DNA from: the human T2T-CHM13v2.0 reference genome, Homo sapiens
Assembly: GCF_009914755.1 (NCBI RefSeq)
Contig: NC_060932.1
Strand: one strand, 5' to 3'
Length of the DNA: 64,000 bases
The notes under the pieces: generated by a model
What the model saw: the letters and a program-made list of their open reading frames with translations, nothing else
What the model was told of the DNA's origin: nothing
Database searches by the model: none
In this document: piece after piece, positions 23,501-38,300 of the stretch
Position numbering within the stretch: position 1 is the stretch's first letter
Layout of the letters: each line of letters opens with the position of its first letter
Translations under genes and position numbers: made by a program

Positions 23501-26500
23501 TTTGAAATCAAGAGTAGAATCACCTTAGTCCATGGCCTTGTATCAAATAAAATGTTCAACGTATACAAGAGTGAAAAACATAAAATTCCACCAGTTTTCC
23601 AATGTCTCATGCTTTCGAATTTATTTTTTAAAGTCCTAACACATGATGGGTGATAGAAGCTTCTTTTTACTGTCAGAGAGATCAAAGAGAGGTTGAGAAA
23701 GAATCCATAAGCAGATGCTGCCCAGTGACAAACCTGAAAGAAGCAGACAGTGGGGCCAGATGTTGGAGTGACCTTTGGTCTGCAGATCACGTTGGCATGG
23801 TGTTGATTTAGATAGTTGTTGGCAGAAGCTTTAGCTCCAGCAGCAGGGGGGGGAAAAAAACTAAACTACGGAATTCTTTCCTACTCTTTCCCCTCACTAG
23901 AAAACCCAAAACCACTGGTCAGTAGTGCTGATGGCTGTCAAAGAAGTTGAATTCACCACGCGACCCTGCCAGTAGGTATCACATCAAAAGGGAGTTAGCT
24001 GAGTGAGTAAGAACATCTTCAGGCTGTGCCATTTTGCATCCCACTCAACTTTTAACAGCTGTTTCTTGAGTGAATACAGACACAAAATAATTATATGAAA
24101 AGGACAACATATTCAATATGCGAGATGATATTTACAGTTATTACTTAGTCATTGATAGAAGAGTCAACCAGGAAAAATGCTGGCACATCTGAAACCTGAA
24201 TGACCTGTTATAATTAGCACCCAGTGAAAGTTCCCTTAAGTTGAACTCTGAACTGTACACTCTGAAGACAGCACAGGAAGTAGGTTTTCATTAAAAAGAA
24301 TGACCCAAATTAGTACTGAAGAAACAAAAAAATATATAATGGTGTGTTATAGTTTTAAAGACTCCTATCACATTATGTGATTATCCTGATCATTCACTCA
24401 TTAGAAATTTAAAGGATTTTTTTCTAGTGACCCTAAGGTTCTTAATATTGCAAACACTTGTAAATAAGCCAGATGCCCTCTAATCATAGGTTCTGACAGA
24501 ATTTTAAATTTCAGCCATCATACAATGCTGCAACACAGTACTTAAATGGAAGCTTGCTTTATAGTATTAGAGATGATTGCAGGCCACATAGTTCTTCTGA
24601 CACTTTTAGACATTTTGTCACTTTACCTGGAGAAATATACACTGCTTATTCTAAATTGCTGCTGATGTCCAGCACTTGTCAAAACCTCTATCTGTCAAGG
24701 CCTTCACAAAGAGTTGCAAAATGACAGATCAGGATGTCTGAGTTGATGGAGCCCCAGGAAAAATGGAACAGATAGAAAATTCATGACTCTAAACTACATC
24801 AAAGTGACTTCTGTCAACATCATGTCAAAAGAACTGTTCATTTTTAGAGGTTTTTTTAAAATTATATAAACACTTTTTTGAGTATGAGCTAAGTGTAATG
24901 AAAAAATTTTCTTGGTGTACAGTATGATCATCCAAATGTTCCAAAAATACACTTTAGATCATCCAGGAATAAGGAAAATTCTAATAGTAGATACTGTCTG
25001 CCAGTTAAAACCAATGACATTCAAGAGAGATGTATGAAGTTACTATCAGCTTAAAATAGGACAAACCATCTGGCTATAAAGGAACAAAAGTATATTTTTT
25101 GCATATTTTTGAACACATCAAATTTCTACAACTGGATTAATTTTTTATTCTTCTACAATCAGTTTTGTTCCATTTTTTGCTTAGTGTGACAACTGCAAAG
25201 CACTAATTCAGTGTTATTTTCCTAAACAGGTTTCCTAAAATAGCTAGCATTATTTTAATTTTAAAAAAAATTACTGGAAAACCCTCATAATGCATAATTC
25301 CCTTAAATTATTGCTTTCAGAAGGAAGTAAAAAAATAAATGGCTTATGTTATGCAGTACTGCATACACAGAACCACTCCATAATCACATTCAAGGAGTCA
25401 TTCACTGAATGAAATATGAGTTGCATCAATCTGGAAATGACCACTCTCCCATTTTAATTCCCAACACCTTTTCAGGGAGGATGGCTGGCACCTGGTGCTA
25501 GAACCCAGACAACTTGAGTCCCACTGCTCATATGTCACTGAGATAAATAGGATAAGTGACCTTGTGAGGACAAAACTGTAGAATGTGCTGTGTGCATATA
25601 TACTGAGCAGACAGTGGGGACGACGCATAGAATTCACCATGCACACACATCATGCACACATGTGCAGAGTCACACACACTTAAAAGAGCAATCAAACATG
25701 AGCAACTTCCACAGTCACCATAACCGGCCCTAACACAGCAACACTGTCAATCATTTATACCATCCATTTGGCAATTTTGACATCAGTCCTTTCTAACAAC
25801 CACCAGGACAGGGACCATCTATGATCCTAGTAACGGTGGCCACTAATTCACTGCACTTGTCCAGTGGCACAAAAGGTCCATTATCTGTGACCAGAAAAGT
25901 TTGCTTATGTCCAGAATGATGTCAGATCTCAAAAATAACAAGCACTTCCAGTTTTGAGAGAAGCTTGCTTCCCATAGCATTGTGTCAAACTATGTATGGG
26001 AAGTACCATCTATTAGGACAAAAAAGTAGGACAAGATCACTATCTCTTATTATAGGCAGAACTCAATATATCTTTTGTTCTACTTACAAAAAAGATGTTT
26101 ATTACCTGTAAGTGTACAGAGGTGTGGACTTCATGGGAGTCGTGATTGGTAATAAGCCTCTTTTTCTCATTTACATTGATAGCAAGCATTAGTGAAGATA
26201 TATGCATTTCATTTCATGGTTCAGAAAGAACAAAGTATATGTATATGTGATAGCAGTGGGTGGTTAATGAAATGGTCTGACAAACATAAGCTAATACATA
26301 ATCATACCAGAATGTGACTGGAACACCTGTTCCTGCTTCACACACTTCCAATTCTTAAGGAAAAGTTACCATTCTGAAGAACTGAAGCCACCACTATTTA
26401 GACATCAATATGCTCCAAGGAAATTTTAGTCACTTTTTGTTGTTGTTGTTGTTGTTGCAATCACTAAAAGGTGGCTATTTTAATGATATCAAATCTTTTT

Positions 26501-29500
26501 TGCTTGTGTCCTAAGAGTAATGAAAACTTCACACATGCATGAAGCTCCAGTAATTATTTTAAACTGCCTTCTGTTGTCCCCCTGAGGAACACGGTGGTAT
26601 TTGTTTGATGCAGTTTAATTAGTGTCAGGGTAATTAATGCTATGCTATCTACATGAGATCAAAACCCTTTCTTTGTAACACTCTGGTAACTAAGAACTAA
26701 GAAAAGGAAGCATTTTGAAAACGTCGAGGCATGGTGTTAACCTGGGTTCACCAGTGAACCCAGTTCTCATCTCTTCCTCCACACCTCACCCAAATGGCAA
26801 TTTCAGTCTCTCCCAGGATAAGATCATGCCCGTAATGCATTGGAACCACACTGCCAGGTATAAGACCCACTGGCTGCTATGGAATTAAACTCTTTCTTTA
26901 TGGGCATAATCAAATTAACTAAAACATTCATGGTCACCAGGCAGCTTTTGCTGTAGTTTAATCCTTTAATAATGAAATAGTAAACTTTTGCACTGACAGA
27001 GAACTAGAGGCCCTTGTAAGCAGGGTGTGATATTACCATGTGCTGATATATTTTTTCAAATAAAAGAATCATTTGGTTTAATGAATGAATGTGATTCTGC
27101 TTAAATGCCTGAATAAAATTTGCATTTAATTGTAGGTATAGATAGTCTCTCTATTTGACGATAATGTTAAGAGAGGAAAAAACAGAGATAGGCAAGGAGA
27201 GAAGTTAAATACACAAAAATTCCAGACACACACATAACGGGCACTACCATAAATCCTTTTTAACTGTTTCTTTGGTAATAAGCAACGGCAGTATAAACCT
27301 CCCAACACACAAACTCAAGCTGATCACAGGCTTAAGGAAATAACTCCAGTTATCTTGACTAGATAAATTATTATATCACAGAGGTTATTCCAGTTTCTAA
27401 TAAAGCACTGTAGCTAACAAACAAAAATAAAAAGACCAACCATTCTCTTTATTTTATAACAGATGAAATTACAGGCTGCATGGGATCGACACAATGGCAT
27501 TGAATTTATTTTTACTCTAAAAAATGCACCATGCAATGTTCATTTTGGAACACGACCGGTGCTTTAACACAATGAGGAGAACCAGCATTAGACTGATAAT
27601 ATTTTTTATGGGAAGGGGAGGCTTTAATGGCACATATCTAACAAATAAACATGACTGGTTTTAAGTCAAACCAAATGGACTTAGCCCATTATAGAACTAT
27701 ACTAAGCATGAAAATAACCTCTGCACTGCACAAGAAATGAACAAAGAAAAACACTTCTAGAGGGTAAAAACATTAACTCTATAGTAGTTATGAAATTGTG
27801 TCAGTATCCATCAGCAGCTGAAATTAAGGTTAATGTTATAAAATGAGATTTCACTAGCTTAGGCTGGCAGCGTATCACAACCTGAAAGGGTCTGTGCTGA
27901 ATGCATCTTCTTGAGGTCATTCATTACTGAAAACCTACTGGGATCAGCTGACTAGCAAAATATGTTTTTTCACATCTTCAGTTCTGCTTCCTGTGACTTC
28001 GTTGTTTATCAATTAAAGTGATAAATACAAGTGACTTTGATAACACCAGAAACACATTATGTAGTAAAGTAACCTCCAGGAACCCTGCAATAAGAACTGT
28101 GTGCAAAGTTCAACAACTGTGAAGGAACTATTGAAGAGGACACACAAACAAGTGACCTTGACTGACAAGCGCGCTTCATTCCAGCAATAAACAGCGGTGG
28201 TGCTGATAACTGTTCATTGGCGCAGAGAGTAATTACCTATCTGTCAGCGTTGCTGGTGTGTGCGAAATAGTATAAATGAAACATACATAATGTACGGCAA
28301 TAATATCGGGCATGCAGAACCTAATGTATTATCATCATTCTCAGGACCCAGGTTTATGTGGTTGCCACCACTGAGTAAATGCCTTCTAGCCATGATAATT
28401 TCATTCTAATCTCTGTTCCATATTATAATTTTCATAGCTAAAAGATACTAAGGAGCAATACGTTTCAATCAAGGGCTAAATAGAACACAACCTATAACTG
28501 GGTATTTTATACATCTATATTTTTTTTCTTTCAAAAAATTTAGTCAATTTATGAAGAGACTGGAATAAGCTGTAAATTTATGAGTGACAAACCCTGTCTG
28601 TACCAATGTCACCATGCCTAGAGATGGGGTGAAAGGGCCTTATGAACGGGTTGTCAGCTTTGTCTCACATTTCTTTCAACAATACGAAATTCTATCTTTT
28701 TAAATGCTTCTATTCTGTTCCAAAACAGAAGGTAAGGATGCATTTTTAAACAAAATAAAAGACAGCTCCTATTCAAAAGGAGAAAAATAATCATCTAGTT
28801 GCTAAGATAAATTATCTTGATTTGCTTGAATTGCTTAATTATACATAAAACGGAAGCACAGCATAACCCCTTACACCATGATATTCTACTCTTCTTATAA
28901 AACTGTCTGGCTCTTACATGCTTGGTTTTTTCCTTTAATGAAAATACAATTTGAAGAAACCTCTAAATCATATTTAATACCATACAAAAGAAGCCAGGAA
29001 AATATAGGTAGCAGCTAGGCCATCAGGACCAGTTCCTTGTCTGAAGGATGAAACATTAGAAATCCTCACATTAATAGGGTAAACAAACGAAAGAAGCATA
29101 TCCCAAACTACATAATAGAAACAGCTGTTGGTCAACGGCTCTGTCATTCAGAAAGGGAGGAGAATATATGAATATTTAGAAAACAAACTGACACGTGATT
29201 GTTTTAATCTGGTTCTCTCTTTACAACAAGACAAAATATTTTGGAAACTTTTAGATAGCATGAAATAATAATCAATACAACAGTCTATCTTTTAAAAAAG
29301 AGCATTTAAATTGATTGTCCAATGTCACATTTTGAAGATCACAGACATGAGCGATTTGAACTATAGAAGGACTTCATCTTCATCCTTTGGCTTTTTCTTT
29401 GCTGGTTTCTCAAAGTTGTTTTCTCAAGTGAATATTGTGGGTAATAAATGATGTCCTGACAGGAGATTAGACAAAGCAGAGAAACAGCTCAAGTTTTTCT

Positions 29501-30035
29501 TCAGGGTTATCCTTTTGTTTGCTGCACTTTTCTTTCTATATGCCTAGTCAGGACAGAAAGCAATAAAAAACTAACCCATGATAAGTTGTTAGAAGTATGA
29601 TGTGTTAACTCTCAAAGAAGCATTTCTATTTTTAAAAAGAGGAAAGGCAGAGATAATCCATGGCAGGAAGAAATAAAAACTCTTTTTTTAACTTCCTCAG
29701 ATCATGACATTAAATAGCTTGTCTATTTTACCCATGTGTCAGCTGACTTCATTGTATGGCTAGCCCAGTACAGAAAAGATTTTTACCCAATTTCAAGTCA
29801 TTCAATCAAACCTGGCATTCCAGGATACTCTTTCTAAAGAGGCAATATCTGGTAGATGAATAATGTCTATAAATTCCACAGATATATCTTAATCATCTCA
29901 GTGGGTTCCCCATTTAATTCATATAATATGACTTTCCTAAGTAACATCTCAATGTGTAGCATTATATGTGTTTTGCATGCAGGTTTAAAAATATAATATG
30001 TATCAGAACATAGAAAATTGTCAGGAAAAGGTATA

Positions 30036-30350
30036 ACCTTATTTCATTGATTCTAAGAACAGTAGCACATTTGTTTTTTACATCTTTGCCTCTTTGAAAT
30101 AGCTTCTTATAGTCTCTGAAAGCCAGGTGGTAAGATCAAGACTGCTCTAACATCAAAGCAGAAAAGTCTTAGACATACCTCTTGACTTTTGCATTCAGGG
30201 ATATATAACATTTCATGCTGTTCTGGCTTTGAGAAATATCTGTTACACATTTATCTTAAAATGGTCTTGATCACAACTATCACATCTTAAAAAATATCCA
30301 ACAAAATAATATATTTATTTTATGCTGACATCTAGAGTATGTCTGTGTGG
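30036..30350. mobile_element. Possible ancient Tc2-type DNA transposon fragment (MER104/Kanga-like)
   Basis: Starts CCTTATTTCATTGATTCTAAGA...GCACATTTGTTTTTTACAT, resembling the MER104/Kanga terminus from memory. The right boundary is a guess. Confidence 0.4.
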
Positions 30351-33300
30351 CATGAAAATATCTACTTAATCAATTAAATCAACAACCAGTTGACTTATTG
30401 GGGGAAAAAATCAACTACACTTACTTAGTTCCACTGACTCTATTAGGATCATAAGGACCTTGCGTTAGATGTGTTTAGACATTATCTCTGTGGCCTACTC
30501 AGTAATTACCTATGATCCCATTTACTGATAATTCTCAACCTAGGAATGGGCAGACAGCCAAGGAACTCTTTCAGTCATTCCCAGCTCTGGCAAAGGGATA
30601 AGTCACCTCCTCCTTTTATCTGAGAAGCACTTCCTCGGGGCCAAGTGTATCAGGTGGGTTGTATCTTATCACTCTGATATGTTAGGGCGGTAAAAAGCAA
30701 GAACCAGTGGAGAATATAATCTGCATAATTCAAAAAGGTGGGGGGGGGAATCACCACCTTTTCATAATTTTCTCAAATATCCCCAAGGATATTTATCTAC
30801 AGCCGTGATTAGAATTTAAGTTGTTTATTGTCTCATAATATGTCAGAAAATTGCTATTGCATTTCAGTCATTATTCTCATTGTCTAAAACATCACTTTTT
30901 TCAACATAGATGTGTTAAATAAATGAATGAATGACTGAATCAATGAGTGAATGAATGGTATTCTCCAATTCAGATTAGTTATTTTATGAAATCATATATC
31001 CTAATTTGATGTTGCAAAGTCCATGCCAAAAAAAAAAAATCTCAAAACATTAAGCACAAAGCACTCTCTTTATCATGTCCTTTGGTTTTTATAAGATTTT
31101 TTGGGGGTGAGGGGAGTAATAGAATTACTTAGAATTGACGGTTTTGCAGTTAAGGTACACTTTTAAATCAGAAATTAACTTTTAATATATGGCTTGGTGA
31201 TGATAATACTGAAGTATGTAAAGTGCAGTTGCCTTCTTATAGGCAATATACTTGATTAATTTTGAACAATTTAACAGTGAAAGATTAATTAAAAATTTCA
31301 TCCAGTACAGGCCATCTTTCTTTTCCAATTACATTCCTTTAGAGCGGCCATAACTGTTTTAATAATTGCACTGAAAATGCTAGAAAGTATCAAGATAATA
31401 CAGTGATTCAGTGAGAACAATAAAATTCAGAAAGATGGCACTTTGGTATTTAGAGCATTTAACATTGTGGTGTATAAGCCCTCTGAACTCCAACGGGTTA
31501 TTTTAACCAAGAAGGTCTAAACTGAGCCTTAATTTTTTTTTATTTACATAAGAACTACTTTTATGAAGCATTTATTTAAAGTACTTTGCTGGAAAAAGAA
31601 AACAGCATTAAGAGCCCCTCTAATTATCTGGCATAAGATTTCAGGCTTATGATAACATTTCTCTCTGAAAACATAGTTGGTAGAATTGACTTTGAGATAA
31701 AAGGATACCTCTAAACTTGATCCTAATGCAAGGAAATTTTAGAGTACAAAGGTGAAGGTGAAGTTAGAATACATGGTAAAACTGACTACTAAGTCCTGAG
31801 TAAAGTGTGCCAATAATGAGTATAAGGGAAAACATTTAAAATGTAGGCGTTCTTTTTATACTCTTAAACTAGGAGGATGGTTGTTCCTGAAACAATCATT
31901 CTTTCCATAGACTACCTAAGAGAGTGTTCATCATTTAAGCACATACTTTCTCATCTCTCTTCATTAATCAGGATCTTAATTCTAATGAAACAGAAATACC
32001 TGTTAAAAGCTTCACAATTATAAAAGTTCTCTACATTTCTCTGATTTTTCATATGAAAGTTGCAGCAAGAAATCCTGGTTGCATCAGGAAAATAGAAGTT
32101 CTTGTCCTAAGTAAGGGCTCTTATCTTATCGATTGGATTTAATTAGGTCCATTTCATCCCTTATTAAAAATAGTAAACTAATCACAATAATAAAAAAGGA
32201 TGTTGCTTGATAAAGAGGCTGTCCTGAATCACCACTGAGAGCAGGAAGACCTGAGTTGGACCTTGCTAAGCTGCTTACATCAAGCACATGTCTTTCCTCT
32301 TTGAATTTCATCTCCAATGTGGTACAATAATAGTGACATTTTATTGGCACATACTAAGCCCTCAATAAGTAGGAGAAAAGATTATCATCAGCTTAAAAAA
32401 TACTTTCTTAAAAGAAGGTATCCAATATCAGAAAGGGAAACAGGATTGCCAAGCAGTCGTAACAATTGAGCAATTCATCCACTTAATACCATCCAGTAGA
32501 ACACAAAATCAGACTTTATATTAGAAACCTTGAATGATTCAGCTTTAAACAATAATAAATTTATATACATTTAGAATTTATACTCCAACAACTCAAAAAT
32601 CCATATGTTGTGCAACATATGCGTATGCAAAACAAGCCTTCCAGAGAGAAAATGGAAGTCTGAGAGTTCTACTAAGGCAATACTTTCATCCTTAATGGAG
32701 TCCATTTAGTTTGAAGGTACCTAGAGGCCAAGAAAATGAATATTGGAGACAATGTCATTTCCCAAATTCCAGAGTCTAATATCTATTTCAACATGCCTGT
32801 GTAATTCAAGGCCATATCCCCTGATAAGTGGCCAGGCAACCAGCTCTCTAATTTGTGACATCATCTCCAGGTAGAAGTTCTTTCATAGTCATAGTATGGG
32901 CCAAGCTTATCTAGGGGGTTTTATTTGGCATTGAAGAGGTTATAGTAGGCACTTCCTTTCTTTTGAGTGAACAGAGACTTCACAAACACAATCAGACTAC
33001 AGCAGTTTAAAAATTCAATAGACCACTACAAACATGACATGTAATCAAAAGCTAACCACTGAAAATGGTATTCACCTGTCATTTGAAATGAAAAGTTTCC
33101 CTCCCCAATTACTAACATGGCAGGCTATCTTGGGTAGTCAGTTATCACCAAATTAGACTAGTAAGCCATTTCATCCAAACATTTACATTTTATTCAATTA
33201 GTTTTTTTTTTCACTTTTCTTGCACTCCAATTTGTTTTTCTAAAGACTTAAAATCCAAAATCAAACAAAATTCTCTCTGCTATGACCAATCACAAACTCT

Positions 33301-35599
33301 GGATTTCTAAAGATTTTATTGGAAATTATACATAGGAAATAAGATGTGTTTTTTAAAATAATTCACTATCAAAGTATACTCTCTGGAAATAGAGATATAT
33401 ACACTGGCATATGATGGGCAGTACTGGGGAGGGAGGAAGATAGAGAACTACCCTGAGAATTAGAAGTGCTAATCATATAATTCTAATCCCCTCAGGCTTG
33501 CTGTTGTATCTTTTGCAATATCAGGATATGTACAATGCCCTTGGGAGCATGGACTATCAGCAGAAAGAGGCAAAGGATATTATGTTCTTTTCTTCCTTGC
33601 CTGGTGTTATGTAAGTTTGCTTCACTGCCCAGTCATCTGTATTGAGTAATTGATGTTGGATAACAGATTATTGGATTTAAGTGTGAATCTGACTTAATCT
33701 AAATATTTTGCTTAAAACTATAAAAGATTCAAAAGAAATTTTAGGATGGTTTCAGTGAAAATCACTGAAATTTACTGAGTTTGGAAGTTCAATGACATCC
33801 CCTTCTGCTCTCTACTCTGTCCTCACTGAGGCCACCAGTTCACCTACTCAGCACGACATCTTTATCACATTTTCACAATCAGCCAATATGTCACCACCTT
33901 TCTTTGACACTTTGCAAAACTTAATAATCACTATTTTGTTGTAAACAAAATCCTTAAGGAAAGAAGTCATCCAAGAACATCCACAAAGATATGAGTACAA
34001 ATTTTTTTAAATATAATGTCAGTATCAGGATTATGCTAGTGAACCTAGGCGTTTCAGTTTGTTGCTTTATGTGCTATGATATCAGCTCCAGTAGAATTTC
34101 AGAAATAATTCCATGTTTTCACATTTAATATGGTCATGAGGACTTTTAAACTAAATGTATTGCTTTTCTGAATTAATGTTTTGTTAGAAATTAATAATTT
34201 TTTGAAATATGGCTTAGATATCTGCATTCTTGAGTGTATATAATACACGCATTTGATTATATCCAATGTTCAACACTGAAAGTACTAGTTATTAAAATCA
34301 GTTACATATAGCAAAATCATAGTCAGAAATATTTACATAGGCTTGAAGACATTTGTGTGTGTGTTCGTATAAGCATGTTAGAGGGGAACCTCCTTTCCAC
34401 TGGTTTTGTGTATCTAGATGAAAGTACTTTCCATAGATAACACCATTAGTTCTCCCTCAACCTCATGCTCACCTCCTCCTTTGCCTCTCCACAAAGAAGA
34501 AATGTTAACTTATCTAACTGTGGGCAACAGTGATCTGACAGGCACTGAGCTGTGTTACTCCAATTGGTGGACTAATCTTGAGAAAGGGGCCGCAGTGCAG
34601 GATTCTCTTCTCTATCAGCTCTGCACCAGAGGCAACACTGATCCTCCTGGGAAGGGGTGTGTGCTCTGAAGACACAATCATTTCCTTGGGTGGACCATCA
34701 CTTCCTTGTATAGTGAGGAAGAACCAAAATATAATCAAGCCTGTTTAGCTGCAAATGCCAAGCTTCATTTTCCAAAAAGCTTGATCAACAATAAATTTGA
34801 TCTTTTGATTTCTATCTTTCTTTCTTGTATCTTATTTATGAGCTATTTCTGAATATAAAGTGTAGAGGGAGAAGAAAAGAGTGTTATGCATTTAATTCTC
34901 CCCACTGCATAAAAACTTTAATGATATGGATATTTGTGTATTTGTGTGTTAAGAAGAATTAAATATGTATGTATATATAGTCATTCAAGTAGTGCTTTCA
35001 TTACTAAGAACATATGTAAATGTATTAGTCAATGGTGAAAATTATTAAAAAGTCAGAATCCTGGGATTTATAAGACTGTTCATAAAAATCTGGACTGTTT
35101 TCTATTATCATTATTTTAATTGTATATTTTACAAAGAAAGAAATAGTTCTCAAAGGAAGTGAAAGTGAAATACCTTAGGGCTAATCTGGATGGAATCATA
35201 ATTTGTGTTACAAGCGCCAGAAAAAGGATAAACGGCATACACAGTGTATAGCTTTTCAAAGGAGGAAAAAGAAAAAGAAAACATCAACTTACAAAGTACT
35301 CTCCCAGAAACACTTAAGATTGTTGAAAATTAAGCACAATAGATTGCAGAGGATTTGATTTCTGTGTTAATTTTTACTACATTGATTTTTTTTCCTCATG
35401 AGCTACTTCACCTCAAACTTTACTGTTTGAGAGCAATTTTTTGTAGTCTGATTTCATGACTGATTTTGTCCTGCCACAGTATTTGGTTGACATTTTCTAC
35501 AGGCCATATCGAGAACAGTTCTATCAGATAAAAACAATGGCACTCGGCTCATTTTTCTGAGGATATTGTTCAAGCAGTAGAGAGTCACAGCAGATTCAG

Positions 35600-36230
35600 G
35601 CTCGCTGATTCCATTAGTCTCAGTACCAGCCCCTGTGATTCTGGAATCTATCCATCCCTCCTAGCCTACCAGTTGTTGCCAGCCAAGTCTTCGTAAAGCA
35701 CAGATCTGACCAGGTCACCCCATCCTCTCTGAAACTCTCAATGGCTTCCTATGACACAAATAAGATTCAAATTCTTTAGAGTTTGATGCCCTCTATTTTT
35801 AAAACACCCATCCCTGATCCAGTTAGACTGAGTTGCTCTCCATTCCCTAACTTTGCCTTGAATTTTCTGTCTTCCTTTGTTCACATGGTTGCCTTTGGTC
35901 TGGCATTGCCAACCTACTCACTTTGCAAGGCCAAAGGATACTTCTCTTTCATTTGTTCCTTCATCATTCATTCATGGAGTAAATACTGTTTAAGTAGCTC
36001 CTATATATACCAGGTACCATATTTGACACCTTCTCTCTTAGACTTTTCTTACATCCCCAATTCCTCCAACCTTGGAAATAATCTTTCTTTTCTCTGAATT
36101 CTGCTAACATCTCAGTTAGGATACTTGCCATTTTTAGATTCAGAAACCTCCTTTGTATATCACTGTAGGCCAACAGTACCCAGAACATGGTAGTACATCA
36201 ATAAATTTCATGAATGGATAAATCCATGGT
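35600..36230 (+). mobile_element. Degraded L2 fragments
   Basis: AAAGCACAGATCTGACCAGGTCAC...AAACTCTCAATGGCTTCC...; 3' end CAATAAATTTCATGAATGGAT. Confidence 0.55.
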
Positions 36231-38127
36231 TGAGCAACAGATGAATACAAAACACCTTGTAAAATATAAATTGTATAAAAAGTACATATAAATATATTTT
36301 ATTTATATTCTTATATATAATATATAAACATAAAGCACCTTATAAAAATAAATACCTTTCAAACTAAGCTTCATATTTGAAAATACATAAAATATTCAAG
36401 CAGCCCAATTTTAAAAGGAGATACCTACTTTGTAGTAGTTTAAAATAGGAAAACTCCTGCAAGATCTTAAAGAATAAAACCACACATACTTCTCACCTTA
36501 AGAATACTTTATCTACCATTATAACAAACTGCATTTATAGAAACAAGCACATTGCAGTTTGCCCATTTCTGTTCTATATTTTTAGAAGGGGGAAGAGAGA
36601 TGTGGGCATGAGAGGGAGGGAGGGAGTAAAAGGTTTTCAAATCTCTCAAAGTTTAATACACCAGAAGAAGACAAGAGTAGAGGCACTAGGAGCCCTTAAC
36701 TCTAATGATAGTGGTCATATCTGCTGTCAGCTCAGCACAGAGAGATCTGTTGCTACAACTTCTAGACTAGCAGAATCACAGCAAACCAGTTCTCTATTTG
36801 TATACAACTCACAGCTGAGTGGAAATGATTTCACAGCTGCATGGTAAACCTCCTGGCGTCTCTCCTGCTTGGTGGCCTCACTGCCTGGGACCAGTCACTG
36901 CAGAGAAGCCCACCACCGCTGCTTCCTGGGAAGGGACAAATGGTGGCGCTACAAAGAGGGTGAGGTGCCAAGGGAAGGCCATCTGCCCAGTGTTGGTTTT
37001 GTCATCTGTCACTCTCTGAAATGAGTCCCTGCCTTAAAGAGGGAAGTCAAGGTTTACAGAAAAGAATTCCCTATGTGCATCTACATTGACCCTTCTGATC
37101 TGTGTCTGACTCAACTTTCAGGTAGTTCTTCAGAAAGCTAGTTAAGTGGGGAATTTACCCTTCAGCAAGCCATAATACTAAGGAGGCACCCTTGTGGGGG
37201 TTATTTTAAATTCTGAATATTCTTATAATACGCCTTCCTTCTATAAAACAATATAGAAATTGAAATGAATTTTCCAAATAAGTCTTGCTCAGAAAGATAT
37301 CTACTCAGTCATCAAATCAACAATGCTAATTGCAATTTACAATGTGCAGTGTAGCATGTGTTAATAGTCTTATTATAGCACTTTCAATATAGCAAATCAA
37401 AAATTATTTCTGTCTTGGTGACTATGTCTCATTTTTCATAAATACTTTAAAAATGATTTTATGGCCAATCCTTTCTCTTCTGCACTATTATTATCCTTCA
37501 CCTCACACAGTTCTTTCAAGGATTAAAAGAGATAAAGTCAGCAAAGAACAGAGTGCCTAACACAGCACTGGCACATGTTGACAATTAAGAAAATCAGAGC
37601 TACAGTAGCAGAGGCAGGAACAACAATAGTAGTAACATTTGTAGTTGTAGCTCATAGCCTGACTTTTCTTTTGCAATTAAGAATCTTCTTGAAAATCATA
37701 CTCTAAAATCCTAAAAAAGGAAGTCAATTTGTAGCTACAAAAATAGCACCTTCACAGACAAAATTATAGATCCATCAGCAATCCTTTTTTTTTTTTTTAA
37801 AACAAAACACTTTACTGGAACTGGCCATCAGCAGCAGCAGCACTTGCATTCTGGATCTCAGAACAGAAAACAGGCTGCCCTGCCTAGGGACAACTTTCTA
37901 CCATTAACTCAATGCTAGAACCATCATGTCACTTGAGAGTGGGAAGATAAACACAGAGTCATCATTTTATAAGACATCATATATCATCACCACTTGATCT
38001 TGCATTTTAAATTTGCATGTGGAAAGGATTTTTTTTTTCATGGTTGTAGCTCCAGTTGTGAAACTGGCACATTATAGTCAACCAACATATATTTGTTAAA
38101 TACACTCTTGAATTTTTATAAATGTGG

Positions 38128-38300
38128 ATATATTTTTCTCCTCATTTATATATATCATTATATATATGTATATATGCATACTTATATATTTTCTCCTCAT
38201 TTTATATGTATACATATATACATTTTCTCATTTTATATGTATATGTCTCATTATATATGTGTGTGTTATGTGTATGTATATTTTATATATTATATATATA
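38128..38300. repeat. TA-rich low-complexity tract with repeated ATTTTCTC(CTC)ATTT units
   Basis: Three to four diverged copies of TATATTTTCTCCTCATTTTATAT. Confidence 0.8.
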
